A stretch of DNA of 64,000 nt from a virus. The notes beneath the pieces were generated by a model. That model had not been told where the DNA came from and made no database searches. It saw nothing but the letters and a program-made list of their open reading frames with translations. How positions within the stretch are numbered: the first letter of the stretch is position 1; each line of letters opens with the position of its first letter. Shown here piece by piece: positions 46,844 to 57,236 of this stretch. The stretch spans positions 18,919-82,918 of IMG/VR virus record IMGVR_UViG_3300035698_013362; one strand, written 5' to 3'. The position numbers were made by a program, and so were the translations under genes.

Positions 46844-48961
46844 TTAGGAATACTTAACGTATTCTTCGATATCTGCTCCAAGCGGCACAGCGGCGAATGT
46901 AATGATGATGAACTCTGCAGTATATGTAGGCTGAATTCCAACGAAAGCTCGCATTTCATTCTGAGCAATTGTTTCATTAGTATTATTAGTGCTATCACAT
47001 ACAACTAAGAAGTCCGTAACACCTTCAACATTTTTCAAACGTTTAAGTGGTGCTTCAAGGATATCTTTGAACTGAGTTCTTGTGAACTGATTGTTAGGCT
47101 GATAAACGAACTTCTGAGAAGAATCGTAAGCGTAACGTTCAAGAACTACAAACAAGTAACGAACGTTAGCTCGTCCAAGTGCGCTTTCAACCGATGTCCA
47201 CATCTTTTGACCTTCCACGGTGTATCCACCATTTGGGCGACGCTTAGCATAGTTGAATGATTTAGTGTAAAGCTGTGAAGCATCCTTTTCCGAAGGGTTG
47301 AATGCAATATCAACTGTATTCTGCATTACTCCACGGCTAAGACCAGCTGGGGCATCAAAGATGTCAGCAGTTTGGTGAGTATAAGCATGAGCTCCAACAG
47401 CATCAACCGATTCAGGACACCAGAAGGTAGTTCCAGAAACAGAGTCAACTTTCTTGGACCAGCATGAGTAAGCCATACCATAAGTAGAGTTAACTCCACC
47501 GAGATATTTAAGCTTGTTTGCTACAGTCGTTGCAAATGTGGCAGTAGGATTAGTCTTACGAAGAATCTTAAGATCACCACTAATAGCAAGGTCACGAGGA
47601 ACGTCACAAAGTGCAATAGCAAATTTGTAAGTACGTTCACAGAATGTAACTAAGGTGTTAACAATATTTTTCCATTGTTCAACCGAAGCAATTCCAGTGA
47701 TTTCTTTAAAGCTAAGGGCAGGATCGAAACCATGTGAACCAGGAGTAACAATAGCATCATCAACATGCATCGCAATAGTAGAAAGACCTGCATCAACGAT
47801 ATACGTGTAGATGTATTCGTTAAAGTTAGCCAACTTATTAAGGATTGTATCTAAGTTAGAAGTAATTGTGCTTACAACGATGTCTTTTACAGCTTCAGTT
47901 CCTGTGTAAGAAACGGTTGAAGCAACATCAAGAGCTACATCTTTAACATAAGCACTTGTATCACCTGGAAGAGGTACAACATATCCAGCGTTAGTGTTAC
48001 GAATCATAGCAATGTAAGAAGAACCAGCATTAACATTATTAACGATGTAATCGCTCTGTCCTGTTACTTCATTGATTGAATCTTTATTAAGGGATCCAGT
48101 GAATGCTTCAAGGATTGCTACACCAATTTTACCTTCGTTATCAGAATCAACATAAGTTTTTGCAACAACAACTGAAAGGTAATCACGATAGTTAGCAGTA
48201 GCCAAACCATCAACATCAGTACCAATAGATGGGAACTGAGTCATAAGATCTTCTGAAACCGAAGTTTTAGACAATACAGCAGAAGCAGATTTAATCAAAT
48301 CACTATCAGTGAAGTTGAAGTCTGAACCTTCAAAGGTAATGCCGTTAAGGATAGGATCGTCTGCAAGATAGTTCTGTACAGAAAGACCTTCATGGAAGTC
48401 AGTGATAGTTACGAAGATACCTTCTTTATCGTTGATGTCCATTACATCTTTTGAATCTCCTACAATAAGGAAGTCTTCATCAGCCCACTTAGTGTTTTCA
48501 GATCCGAATACGGTACTGAATTCTTCACCAGCAAGAATCTGGTCATATTGATCTTGAGAAATTTCACCATCATCGATAGTTACTGGAATAGAGCTTTCAA
48601 GACCTATATTCCATTCAAGAGATCCAGATGCATAAGTTTTGATTCCAGATGCAGAAACACCTACAGTCTTATATGTTCCAGCCATATCATTCTCGTAAGG
48701 AATCTTAGAGATGATTACTGCAGTTCCATTTGTCAATGCTTCAGTAGCTGCCGCATATGAATAACGTTCAGCTTCGTTAGATGGCTTACCGAAAATGGCG
48801 TCAAGTTCCGATACGCTTGTAATAGTTGTTGGGTCAAGGTCTGGACCTTTTGCAAAGAAACCATTAATTGCAAAGGTATCACCTTGTAATGTAGCACCAG
48901 TCTGTGTGAAATTACGTTCTTTAATTTCTACATCTGGGCTATTGATTGTTCTTAATGACAT
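46844..48961 (-). CDS. gp18: tail sheath protein gp18
   Basis: SP.VEIKE, G.F.KGP, FGKP, APAGLSRG, GQK, R.NVR.LF, PNN.FTR, VVCD.TNNT, P...AEFI. Confidence 0.95.
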   Translation of the reverse strand: MSLRTINSPDVEIKERNFTQTGATLQGDTFAINGFFAKGPDLDPTTITSVSELDAIFGKPSNEAERYSYAAATEALTNGTAVIISKIPYENDMAGTYKTVGVSASGIKTYASGSLEWNIGLESSIPVTIDDGEISQDQYDQILAGEEFSTVFGSENTKWADEDFLIVGDSKDVMDINDKEGIFVTITDFHEGLSVQNYLADDPILNGITFEGSDFNFTDSDLIKSASAVLSKTSVSEDLMTQFPSIGTDVDGLATANYRDYLSVVVAKTYVDSDNEGKIGVAILEAFTGSLNKDSINEVTGQSDYIVNNVNAGSSYIAMIRNTNAGYVVPLPGDTSAYVKDVALDVASTVSYTGTEAVKDIVVSTITSNLDTILNKLANFNEYIYTYIVDAGLSTIAMHVDDAIVTPGSHGFDPALSFKEITGIASVEQWKNIVNTLVTFCERTYKFAIALCDVPRDLAISGDLKILRKTNPTATFATTVANKLKYLGGVNSTYGMAYSCWSKKVDSVSGTTFWCPESVDAVGAHAYTHQTADIFDAPAGLSRGVMQNTVDIAFNPSEKDASQLYTKSFNYAKRRPNGGYTVEGQKMWTSVESALGRANVRYLFVVLERYAYDSSQKFVYQPNNQFTRTQFKDILEAPLKRLKNVEGVTDFLVVCDSTNNTNETIAQNEMRAFVGIQPTYTAEFIIITFAAVPLGADIEEYVKYS

Positions 48962-49022
48962 ATTAATCTCCTGTTAAAATCTATAAGTCCCTGGCTTTAG
49001 GGAATTGTGATTATTCTAAAGA

Positions 49023-49047
49023 TATTTATCATTATTTTCGATAAATA
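49023..49047. promoter_or_regulatory. back-to-back late promoters (GATAAATA on each strand)
   Basis: TATTTATC-N9-GATAAATA between divergent gp18 and the gene at 49083. Confidence 0.7.
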
Positions 49048-49082
49048 AGTCTAATGAGTTAATCTCAAAAAGGAATTAAAAA

Positions 49083-50045
49083 ATGGACTTAATTTACGAA
49101 TCATATAAACAGTCATATATTATGGAGGCCTTTAAATCAAAAACGCTTTCACAATTGTTTAAAACAGTTAAGAGTAAAAGAACTAAACCTAATTATTGGG
49201 ACAGATCTGCCAAAGTAGGCGAAGATGGCATGATGCCAGATAAAGATTATCAACTTAGAGTTAAAGAAACTCTTGGTTATTTGATGAGTCAAATAGATGC
49301 ATCAAATATTCCAGAATCTTCTATTGAAGTACTTCCAGTAGACACCTTTCGTAAAAAGAAAAATAAGATGTTTTATCGTCATGCTATTTTTGTTAAAGAC
49401 GGACTTCCTTTGTTCCATGCTATTTTCTATGATGATGGAACTATATCGAACGTATCTGAAGTTGGTAGTCGTTCTCATATGAGAGGATATGTTTCACCTA
49501 AATTAAAAGATGCCCTTGAAGAGTCTGACGTAGTTATTGCAATAGGTAATATCGAAAAATATTTTAAAATTGGCCTTGAAAAGAATCGAGCTAGATGGGC
49601 ATCTAAAGCTGATGCATTAGCTCTTGTAAATCATGCAACATATCTTTCTAACCAAGTTTATAGATATAAGAAACAACTTGCTCAGAATAAAGCTAATGAT
49701 AATGATGTAGAAGGTAAAACTGCTGCAATGGTTAAATTATTCCAGGAATTCCTTGGTTATATGTCAAAAACACCAATGACTATAGCAGACTTTAATAAAT
49801 ATGGTCAATCTGAATCAATGAAGATTTCTAAAGGAATGGAAGGAATTATTCAGCGAGCACAAGAAGTAATGAAAGACGTAAAGAATGGTTTTCCATGGGG
49901 TGGTTCTAAAACTCATATAGAAAGCCTCGTTAATAATATGGCAGTATATGCTTCAATTACTAGAGGCTTTATGGATACTGGAACACTTAGTGATTCACAG
50001 AAGAAAGCTATGCAAACCATTCGTTCAAAAAATCCTAAATCCTAA
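49083..50045 (+). CDS. putative head-packaged protein
   Basis: MDLIYESYKQSYIME leader; late promoter. Confidence 0.7.
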   Translation: MDLIYESYKQSYIMEAFKSKTLSQLFKTVKSKRTKPNYWDRSAKVGEDGMMPDKDYQLRVKETLGYLMSQIDASNIPESSIEVLPVDTFRKKKNKMFYRHAIFVKDGLPLFHAIFYDDGTISNVSEVGSRSHMRGYVSPKLKDALEESDVVIAIGNIEKYFKIGLEKNRARWASKADALALVNHATYLSNQVYRYKKQLAQNKANDNDVEGKTAAMVKLFQEFLGYMSKTPMTIADFNKYGQSESMKISKGMEGIIQRAQEVMKDVKNGFPWGGSKTHIESLVNNMAVYASITRGFMDTGTLSDSQKKAMQTIRSKNPKS

Positions 50046-50074
50046 ATAATAGGATAATTCATACTATCGAGAAG

Positions 50075-50098
50075 AGGTACATTTTTGTACCTTTTTTT
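50075..50098 (+). terminator. rho-independent terminator
   Basis: AGGTACA-TTTT-TGTACCT-TTTTTT. Confidence 0.7.
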
Positions 50099-50115
50099 GT
50101 GTAAATAGATATACA

Positions 50116-51924
50116 ATGAAAATTAGCGTACAAGATGATCAGTTTAATGGCTTGCGTGGCAACAAGAACATTAAGGAATCAAATTCTTCTGTCTACACGA
50201 ATAGAGATGAATATAAATTCATGGTGGAAGAATTAGTAAAGTGTAGTAACGATATCGTATACTTCGCTGAGAAATACTTCACAATTATTGCTGCAACAGG
50301 TAAAACTATTATTAAGCTTTACCCTAAACAGCGTGAGCTTCTAGCCTCTATTGCTGAAAACCAAAACACTATCGTATTAGCAGCTCGTCAGGCAGGTAAG
50401 TCTACTGTTTACACAATTTTTGCTCTATGGTACGCTATGTTCAATAAGGACAAAGGTGTTCTTATATGTGCCAACAAATTTGCTACTGCTAAAGAACTTA
50501 TGGAACGTATTGCTCTTGCATACGAACTTCTTCCTTCATGGTTGAAGCTTGGGTGTAAGGAATACAACAAAGGTCGTATCGTATTTGAAAATGACTCTAA
50601 GATTGAAATCTCAGCTACCTCAGCCTCTAGTGCTCGTGGTAAATCTGGTGAAATCTTAATTATTGACGAAGCGGCCTTTGTACCTAATAACATCATGGAT
50701 GAATTCATTCAGTCCGTATTACCTATTGTATCTTCTCGTCCAGAATCTAAGATCATTGTCGTATCAACCCCTAATGGTACGGGTAACTGGTATGCTGAAA
50801 CATATCATAAAGCCCTTTACAACTTGAGTGAAGATGCTGGTTGGAGTTCGTTCAGAATCGACTGGTGGGATGTACCAGGCCGTGATGAAGATTGGAAGCG
50901 TAAGAAGATTGCCGAATTCAATGGTGACCTTCGTAAATTTGCTCAGGAATATGGTAACAACTTCCTTGGATCGTCTCAGACACTTGTTAGCCCTAAAGCT
51001 ATTACTCACTATAAGACAGAATCTGAACATTGGACTGAAGGTGACATATTCCATATTAAGGATTGGGAAGTTAGAGTATGGCATACTCCTATTAAAGGAA
51101 GAACATATATTTGTGGATGTGATATTGCAGAAGGAGTTGGTGGTGACAATTCAACTGTAATCATTATAGATGCTACAGATACATCTAAGATGAAAGTCTG
51201 TGCAACATTCGCTAATAACATGATATCACCTACCGACTTCGCCTATGTGACTGCTAAGCTATCTAAGCGCTATAATAACGCGTTTATTGCTGGAGAACGT
51301 AATGGTATTGGTAAAAGTACCATGGATACAATGTGGAATGTCTATGAAATGGACAATATCCTTTGCTGGAAATCTAAGAATGATGTTCAACAGATGCCAG
51401 GTATCTTCTCTCATAACTCTATTAAGGTAGAAGCTTGTTTATGGCTCAAATATGTTCTTGATGGATACGAACTATTCAATATTGAATTAAATGATAAGAA
51501 TATCCTATATGAGATTGAGTATTTCGAGAAGAAATCTAATACAACTCGTTCAGTATATCAGGCAGTTGAAGGTAAGCATGATGACTATATCATGTCATTA
51601 GTATGGGCTTTGTTCCTTATAGAACCTACCGTTTGTGACTTCAACTTCATTATTGAAAGCACAACTATGACTCGTACTGGAGTTCACGTTCCTCGTATCA
51701 TTCGAACTGAACAATTCTTGGATGAAGATGATGAAGATATATTTGGACCAGAACGAGCAGATAACTATGATCTTGATGCTATTTACGATAAGATGTCTGG
51801 ATCAAGTCAAGTATCAGAAGCTGAACCAGAATATGATGAAGAGTTTACTCTAGATGATGAAGATGAATTCTTTAAAGACAGTATGTTTGAAGAAACCTCC
51901 GGCTCTAATTGGCAAACAATGTAA
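50116..51924 (+). CDS. gp17: terminase large subunit gp17
   Basis: LYPKQ, RQAGKST, IIDEAAF, VSTPNG, W.DVPGRD, F.QEY, D.AEG.GGD.S, HDD. Confidence 0.97.
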   Translation: MKISVQDDQFNGLRGNKNIKESNSSVYTNRDEYKFMVEELVKCSNDIVYFAEKYFTIIAATGKTIIKLYPKQRELLASIAENQNTIVLAARQAGKSTVYTIFALWYAMFNKDKGVLICANKFATAKELMERIALAYELLPSWLKLGCKEYNKGRIVFENDSKIEISATSASSARGKSGEILIIDEAAFVPNNIMDEFIQSVLPIVSSRPESKIIVVSTPNGTGNWYAETYHKALYNLSEDAGWSSFRIDWWDVPGRDEDWKRKKIAEFNGDLRKFAQEYGNNFLGSSQTLVSPKAITHYKTESEHWTEGDIFHIKDWEVRVWHTPIKGRTYICGCDIAEGVGGDNSTVIIIDATDTSKMKVCATFANNMISPTDFAYVTAKLSKRYNNAFIAGERNGIGKSTMDTMWNVYEMDNILCWKSKNDVQQMPGIFSHNSIKVEACLWLKYVLDGYELFNIELNDKNILYEIEYFEKKSNTTRSVYQAVEGKHDDYIMSLVWALFLIEPTVCDFNFIIESTTMTRTGVHVPRIIRTEQFLDEDDEDIFGPERADNYDLDAIYDKMSGSSQVSEAEPEYDEEFTLDDEDEFFKDSMFEETSGSNWQTM

Positions 51925-51935
51925 TAAATACTAAT

Positions 51936-52619
51936 ATGGATACTATTTTCGAATCATACATAGGAGCAATTGATGGGAGTAACATGCTTACTCTTATCGA
52001 AGCGGAGCCTATTCAAGAACTAACTGATTGGTTTAACAACGAATCTATAAACGAACAGTTGATGATGAATATGCCAGCCGCAAATGCAACAATGGCTAAA
52101 GCTGTAGGAGCTAAATCAGTAAAAGATATGCTGTCAATTCATTCTTTACTTAATGTTCCTACTGCTACTGCCCTTAAAACTTATTTAACCCTTTGCCTGA
52201 AATTTATTAAAATGGCTGCTATCTCTGCATTAAGTGGAGCAGCAGTTGCACAATTAATTGGTTGGATGTTCATTGGAATGGCAAAACTTATTAATAAGAA
52301 CGCTTCTAAGAATTTAGAAGCACGTCAAGCACTTATCAATAGTAAGATAATGAAAAATGTTAAAGATGAAAACTTATCTGATACTGTATTCCTTAAAAGA
52401 TATAAGGAACTTAAGAAAGAATTAACACGCAAGCTTAATAAAGAGATACATCTTAAAACTGGTGAAACATGGGCTATTATTTTAGACAAAGTAGGAAAAA
52501 TCAAAGGTAAATATGGTATGATCATATTTGCTATTGCAGGCATGTTCCTTTATGGTAATATTGCTTCTATCCCAATCTTTCCAGCAGGAACTCCTATTCC
52601 AATAGTACAGGTGGCATAA
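51936..52619 (+). CDS. putative head-packaged membrane protein
   Basis: MDTIFESY leader; two hydrophobic segments; AATAAATA 5 nt upstream. Confidence 0.65.
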   Translation: MDTIFESYIGAIDGSNMLTLIEAEPIQELTDWFNNESINEQLMMNMPAANATMAKAVGAKSVKDMLSIHSLLNVPTATALKTYLTLCLKFIKMAAISALSGAAVAQLIGWMFIGMAKLINKNASKNLEARQALINSKIMKNVKDENLSDTVFLKRYKELKKELTRKLNKEIHLKTGETWAIILDKVGKIKGKYGMIIFAIAGMFLYGNIASIPIFPAGTPIPIVQVA

Positions 52620-52620
52620 T

Positions 52621-53151
52621 ATGGAAGCACAAAATTTAAACACAATCACATCGAACGCCTGGGTAACTATTATACCTTATAATATTATTGACCCAGATTC
52701 AGATGCAGAAGTACAATTTAACTTATCACAATTTAACTTTACTGGTCTTATTATGGCTGGATCAGAGGTTGGACACTTTGGTGAAATGTTTCCAATGCCT
52801 TCAGGTGTAGTTGAAACTGATAAGATTGTTACTTTCAGATATAAGCCTGATTCAGATTGGTCTCAGTATGAATTCTTATTCAGATGGTTCGATAGAACTC
52901 AGAACAATAAGCACAATACTTACACTGACTATAATGATTATATAAGAAGTGATATGCCAGATATTACTGTGTTTCTCTTAAATGAATACAAGAAACCAAA
53001 ACTCAAGTGGACTTTCAAGAATTGCTGGCTTAAAGAATTCGGAGAGCTTGATATGGTGTATGATTCTGCTGGTGGAACTGGTATCGATCACGGTTTTAGT
53101 TTACAGTACATGGATTACGAATTTAAAAGAGTGGAGTCAATTGATGGATAA
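52621..53151 (+). CDS. gp3: tail tube terminator gp3-like (gp19 fold)
   Basis: F....D.DW..Y..LF.W, DIT..LLN....P.....FKNCW....GEL. Confidence 0.7.
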   Translation: MEAQNLNTITSNAWVTIIPYNIIDPDSDAEVQFNLSQFNFTGLIMAGSEVGHFGEMFPMPSGVVETDKIVTFRYKPDSDWSQYEFLFRWFDRTQNNKHNTYTDYNDYIRSDMPDITVFLLNEYKKPKLKWTFKNCWLKEFGELDMVYDSAGGTGIDHGFSLQYMDYEFKRVESIDG

Positions 53152-53398
53152 ATTACAAGAAAGATTTCTAGAATTATATGAAGAACTATCAAATGTGCTT
53201 CAGGAACAGGTTATTTGTGAAGCAGATATCTCTATATTCAATTTGAGAAAGTTGTTTAATACAATTCTAGTTAACTCCAAATCTCCAGAAACAAAGACAA
53301 CTTTAAAGGATATGCTGAAAGTATTAACAAAAATGGAATTAGGCAGTCTACCTGTACCTAACATTAGAAAGCTTTCAGATAAAACCGTAAATTTATAA
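53144..53398 (+). CDS. hypothetical protein
   Basis: GGAG SD, coupled start MDKLQERF. Confidence 0.6.
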   Translation: MDKLQERFLELYEELSNVLQEQVICEADISIFNLRKLFNTILVNSKSPETKTTLKDMLKVLTKMELGSLPVPNIRKLSDKTVNL

Positions 53399-53916
53399 TG
53401 AGTAAAGATGTAAATATAAATGCCGAAGCGTTAGACGAGTTTTTAAAGGGTGACCTTGGAGATTTTTTATCTGACACTAAGGCAGTTACTCAACAGGTAG
53501 AGTCATTAGAAGTTTCATCCTTTACAGGTGATACCCCATTGGCTATTACTAAAACAGTTGAATCATTCTTAGAACGTGGTGCATCCGTTCTAGAGACAAT
53601 GGAAATCTATTGCAATAATATGCCTGATTCTGAATCAGTGTCTGCTTTTGCTTCATTGATTTCATCATTGTCTTCAGCTATTAATAATATAGCTAGTGTG
53701 CACAATAAAATACAAGACCATCAGAACAGAATAGAATTAGAAGAACGCAAGCACGAACTAAAAATGAAAGAGATCGAATTCAGAGAACGCATTAAAGCTA
53801 CAGTTAAAGCTGAAGCTGGCCCAGGTGAAGTAATTCCAGGTGAAAGTGCTGAAGAACTTGTTGAATATAATACGCATGATATAATTAATCAGATCGTAGA
53901 AATTAATAAAAAATAA
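53398..53916 (+). CDS. gp16: terminase small subunit gp16-like
   Basis: G..VLE.......D...V.AFA.LI......N.....HNK helical pattern; C-terminal NTHDII. Confidence 0.55.
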   Translation: MSKDVNINAEALDEFLKGDLGDFLSDTKAVTQQVESLEVSSFTGDTPLAITKTVESFLERGASVLETMEIYCNNMPDSESVSAFASLISSLSSAINNIASVHNKIQDHQNRIELEERKHELKMKEIEFRERIKATVKAEAGPGEVIPGESAEELVEYNTHDIINQIVEINKK

Positions 53917-53919
53917 TAA

Positions 53920-53948
53920 TGTACAAATGAACAACTGTTGTGTATACT
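53920..53948 (+). promoter_or_regulatory. early promoter TGTACA-N17-TATACT
   Basis: Same class as 25285 and 40809; drives the sigma70-like gene. Confidence 0.82.
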
Positions 53949-53997
53949 CTACTCATCAGTGAACAATAGAGCATCAAATAACTACAAAGGAACACAA

Positions 53998-54816
53998 ATG
54001 AATAACAAATTAGTATTCAAACTCATGGACGAATATGAGCCTCTTTCTGAAGAAGCACTCAAGACAGCTACAACCGAAGAAATCGTCCTCCACAATCTCC
54101 GATTCTCTTATACCCAAGCCAAAAAAGAAGCAGCCCATTATCCAGGTCTTTCTGATGATGAAGTAATTGAAGCGATGTTCTATGCTTCAACAATTGCTGC
54201 TAACAAGTGGGATCCTGAGAAATCCAAAATCACTTCCTACATCTCTCAATACATCCGTGTTGTTATTAAAGAGGTAGCGAACGAAAACCGGCATGCCATC
54301 CAGCGTAACACAATGTACATCTGGAAATCTCATGTGATTAATAAATACGTTCAGGCATTCAAAGAAGAATTCGGTCGTGAACCAACAACCAAAGAAATCT
54401 CTGAAGGTTGTGTTACTGAAAGTGGTAAGAAATTCTCTGAAAAGACTGTTTATAACATCTACAACCTCGGTATCAAATCTGTATCCAGCTTCAATATCCC
54501 ATCATCTGAAGAAAATTCAGATCATGATTTGAACGAAATCATTTTTGATGATAAAGCGGATACACCTTTTGATGAAGCATCTGCCTCAGATCTATCTAAT
54601 ATTATGTCTAGGCTCATTGCAGGTCTTACAGTACAAGAGCAGGAAGTTATCACTCGTAAATGGTATAAGAACCACAAATACAAAGAGATCGCAAAAGCTC
54701 TTGAAATTCCTTACCCACGGGTTAAGAAGATCGAGATCGATGCAATGGCCAAAATCAAATATGAGTTGAATGCCATTGAAAAAGCCAAGCCGCAAGAAGT
54801 ATGGACCGTCGCCTAA
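53998..54816 (+). CDS. sigma70-family RNA polymerase sigma factor
   Basis: Region 2 AANKWDPEK..ITSY....IR, region 3 GREPT.KEI, region 4 L..QEQEVI...KEIAKAL.I...RVK.IE..AM.KIK. Confidence 0.88.
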   Translation: MNNKLVFKLMDEYEPLSEEALKTATTEEIVLHNLRFSYTQAKKEAAHYPGLSDDEVIEAMFYASTIAANKWDPEKSKITSYISQYIRVVIKEVANENRHAIQRNTMYIWKSHVINKYVQAFKEEFGREPTTKEISEGCVTESGKKFSEKTVYNIYNLGIKSVSSFNIPSSEENSDHDLNEIIFDDKADTPFDEASASDLSNIMSRLIAGLTVQEQEVITRKWYKNHKYKEIAKALEIPYPRVKKIEIDAMAKIKYELNAIEKAKPQEVWTVA

Positions 54817-55246
54817 GCCGTTCGTTGCCCAGAATATGGATAAGTATTCTGGGAAAACTCCAATCATTTGTAGATCGTCTCTAGAAAAGAAAGCGTTCTT
54901 CACAATGGACCAGAACCCTGCTGTTATTAAGTGGGGTTCTGAGTCGGTAGTTATTAAATACCATGACCCAGTTAAGAAACGTACCAGGCGGTACTTTATG
55001 GACCTTGACTTCGTCATTATGGACTCCAACAACGTTGCTACTAAATACTTAGTAGAGATTAAACCAGAACAACAGACACATACACCTCAAAGAGGTCGTA
55101 AAGCTGAAAAGACCTTCATTAACGAAGCTTGCACATGGGCTACTAATTTAGCTAAATGGCGTGCAACTAAAGCTTTTTGTGATGCTAAAGGTTGGCGCTT
55201 TGCTTTATGGACTGAAAGAGGTTTAAGAATATGGAAAGAAGATTAA
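54770..55246 (+). CDS. gp4: head completion nuclease gp4
   Basis: N..KY.G...I..RSSLE, W.SE...I.Y, RRYF.D, LVEIKP..QT, N.AKW.A, TE. Confidence 0.92.
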   Translation: MPLKKPSRKKYGPSPKPFVAQNMDKYSGKTPIICRSSLEKKAFFTMDQNPAVIKWGSESVVIKYHDPVKKRTRRYFMDLDFVIMDSNNVATKYLVEIKPEQQTHTPQRGRKAEKTFINEACTWATNLAKWRATKAFCDAKGWRFALWTERGLRIWKED

Positions 55247-55284
55247 TACTTTTCTAAGATTGAAATCTAACTAAAGGAATTTAT

Positions 55285-56214
55285 ATGAGTGAAGAACTAT
55301 GGGTTGATAAGTATCGACCAAAAACTGTAGAAAATATGTGCCTTAAGCCTGCTCTCCTTGAAAAATTTAAAGAGTGGCAAGAAAACCCTGAAAGGATGCC
55401 ACATATGACTTTGGCTGGTGTTCAAGGTACAGGCAAAACTACATTGGCCAGGATTCTAGCTGAAGCTGCATCTGAAGATATCCTTTATGTTCATTGTGGT
55501 AAAGAAGGTGGCGTAGATGATATTCGCACTAAGGTTGTTGAGTTCTGTAAAGCAATGTCTTTTGATGGACGCAATAAAACAGTAATCTTTGATGAAGCTG
55601 ATGGTCTATCTAAAAATGCTGGTAATGGTTCAAGCGCCCAGGATGCACTGCGAGGAATCATCGAGGAATCACAACACGACACTCGATTCATTCTTACATG
55701 TAACTACATCAATAAGCTTATTCCGGCCCTAGTATCGTCACGTTGTCGCCCTATCGATATCCGTTTCTCTGAATCTGATGTACTTAAGAAGTGTGTTGCT
55801 ATTCTTGATGCTGAAGAAATCAAATACACTAAAGAAACTATCATGGTATTCTATGAGCGTGTAATCCGTAAGAACTTCCCTGATATTCGAGGAATTATCA
55901 ACGTGTTATACCTTTGGGTTACTAATGGTGAATTGATAGAGCTTGATATTACTTCTGATTCTGAAGTAGGTGATTTCATTGATAAACTGATTGGTATTGT
56001 TAAGGCAGGAAACCTGAATAAGGCGCGCCAACTATGGCTAGATAATGAAGCATTATTCTGTTCATATGAAGAACTTTCAGGTGCCATGTTCAATAGTCTT
56101 GAAGATATCAAGCAACGTATGATCATTGGAAAATTTTTAAGAGAATTCCCTCATGTATTAGATAAAGAAATCCAATTTACTTGTTTAATAATGGAATTAT
56201 TTTTTAATAAGTAA
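55285..56214 (+). CDS. gp44: clamp loader ATPase gp44
   Basis: LWVDKYRP, GTGKTT, DEADGL, Q.ALRG.IE, SRC, PDIR. Confidence 0.95.
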   Translation: MSEELWVDKYRPKTVENMCLKPALLEKFKEWQENPERMPHMTLAGVQGTGKTTLARILAEAASEDILYVHCGKEGGVDDIRTKVVEFCKAMSFDGRNKTVIFDEADGLSKNAGNGSSAQDALRGIIEESQHDTRFILTCNYINKLIPALVSSRCRPIDIRFSESDVLKKCVAILDAEEIKYTKETIMVFYERVIRKNFPDIRGIINVLYLWVTNGELIELDITSDSEVGDFIDKLIGIVKAGNLNKARQLWLDNEALFCSYEELSGAMFNSLEDIKQRMIIGKFLREFPHVLDKEIQFTCLIMELFFNK

Positions 56215-57186
56215 TTTACAATTATTAAAATGCCATCTAGTCATATTACCACCTTTACCCTCTTTACCACAATGAGGGCAGGTGAGTAATTTTAATGTTC
56301 TAGGTTTAGATTCTTTTTTTCTATATATAAAAATCCTATTAGGATTTTTATCACAATACTCAAAATGATATACATACATTTTTACGCCCGCTCCTTTAGT
56401 ATTACACCATGGACATATACATTCTTTTTGATTAAATTTACGTCTTTCTTTTATTTTTAATAAAGATGCATTAGGATTATTAGGACAATAATTAAAGTGG
56501 TAACGATGCATCATAGAAGAAGTTCCTTTAGTATCACACCATGGACATATAATAATTTTATCTTCTCTTGGTTTTTTACCCTTTTTATTTGGGTTAAATT
56601 TACAATAATCAAAGTGAGCTATACTTCCATTAGGAACAAATTCATTACAATATGGGCATTTTACTAATTTATGTTTTTTACCTTTTTTGATATGCTGAAT
56701 CTCTCCAGTATTCCATCTTAGGTCATTAACTGAAACTTGAAAAATATTTCCATCTTTATCTATAGCAACAGATTTACCTTTGTTAATATGAATTAAATCA
56801 CCATTTAAATATCTTGGATCATTAATTGAAACTTGAAAAGTATTACCATTTTTATCATTTACAACAACTTTTCCAGTTGCCAAAGGTATTCCGGCTTTTT
56901 GCCAACCACCATATCCACCTAAATTTAAATTATATGTATTCTTTTGATTTATAAATTCTTGATTTACAATTATTTCTTCACAAAAATACATTGAATCAGA
57001 ATTTTTAAACCTATAAAGAATTTCTCTTGAAAAATTTTCTTTACCATATTTTCTTATTGCATCTTTAATGGCTTGACCTGATCCCATATATTCATCATTT
57101 AAATCATTAGTTTGATGAACACCAATATAAATCTTACCATTAATATTGTTTATACTTTTATACAAAAAATAGTAATATGTTTCCAT
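56197..57186 (-). mobile_element. free-standing Seg-type GIY-YIG homing endonuclease with four Zn-ribbon repeats
   Basis: LYKS.N.INGKIYIGVH..Y.GSG..KYGKENF; CP.C...HF..C x4; very AT-rich; overlaps the gp44 3' end convergently. Confidence 0.88.
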
Positions 57187-57236
57187 ATTACTATTTATCA
57201 AAATTTTGATTAGTTTTTGTAGTATGAATTACGACA

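Noticed and set aside
50116-51924. Intein in terminase or UvsW
   Set aside because: Lengths and motif spacing are normal and there are no Hint blocks.
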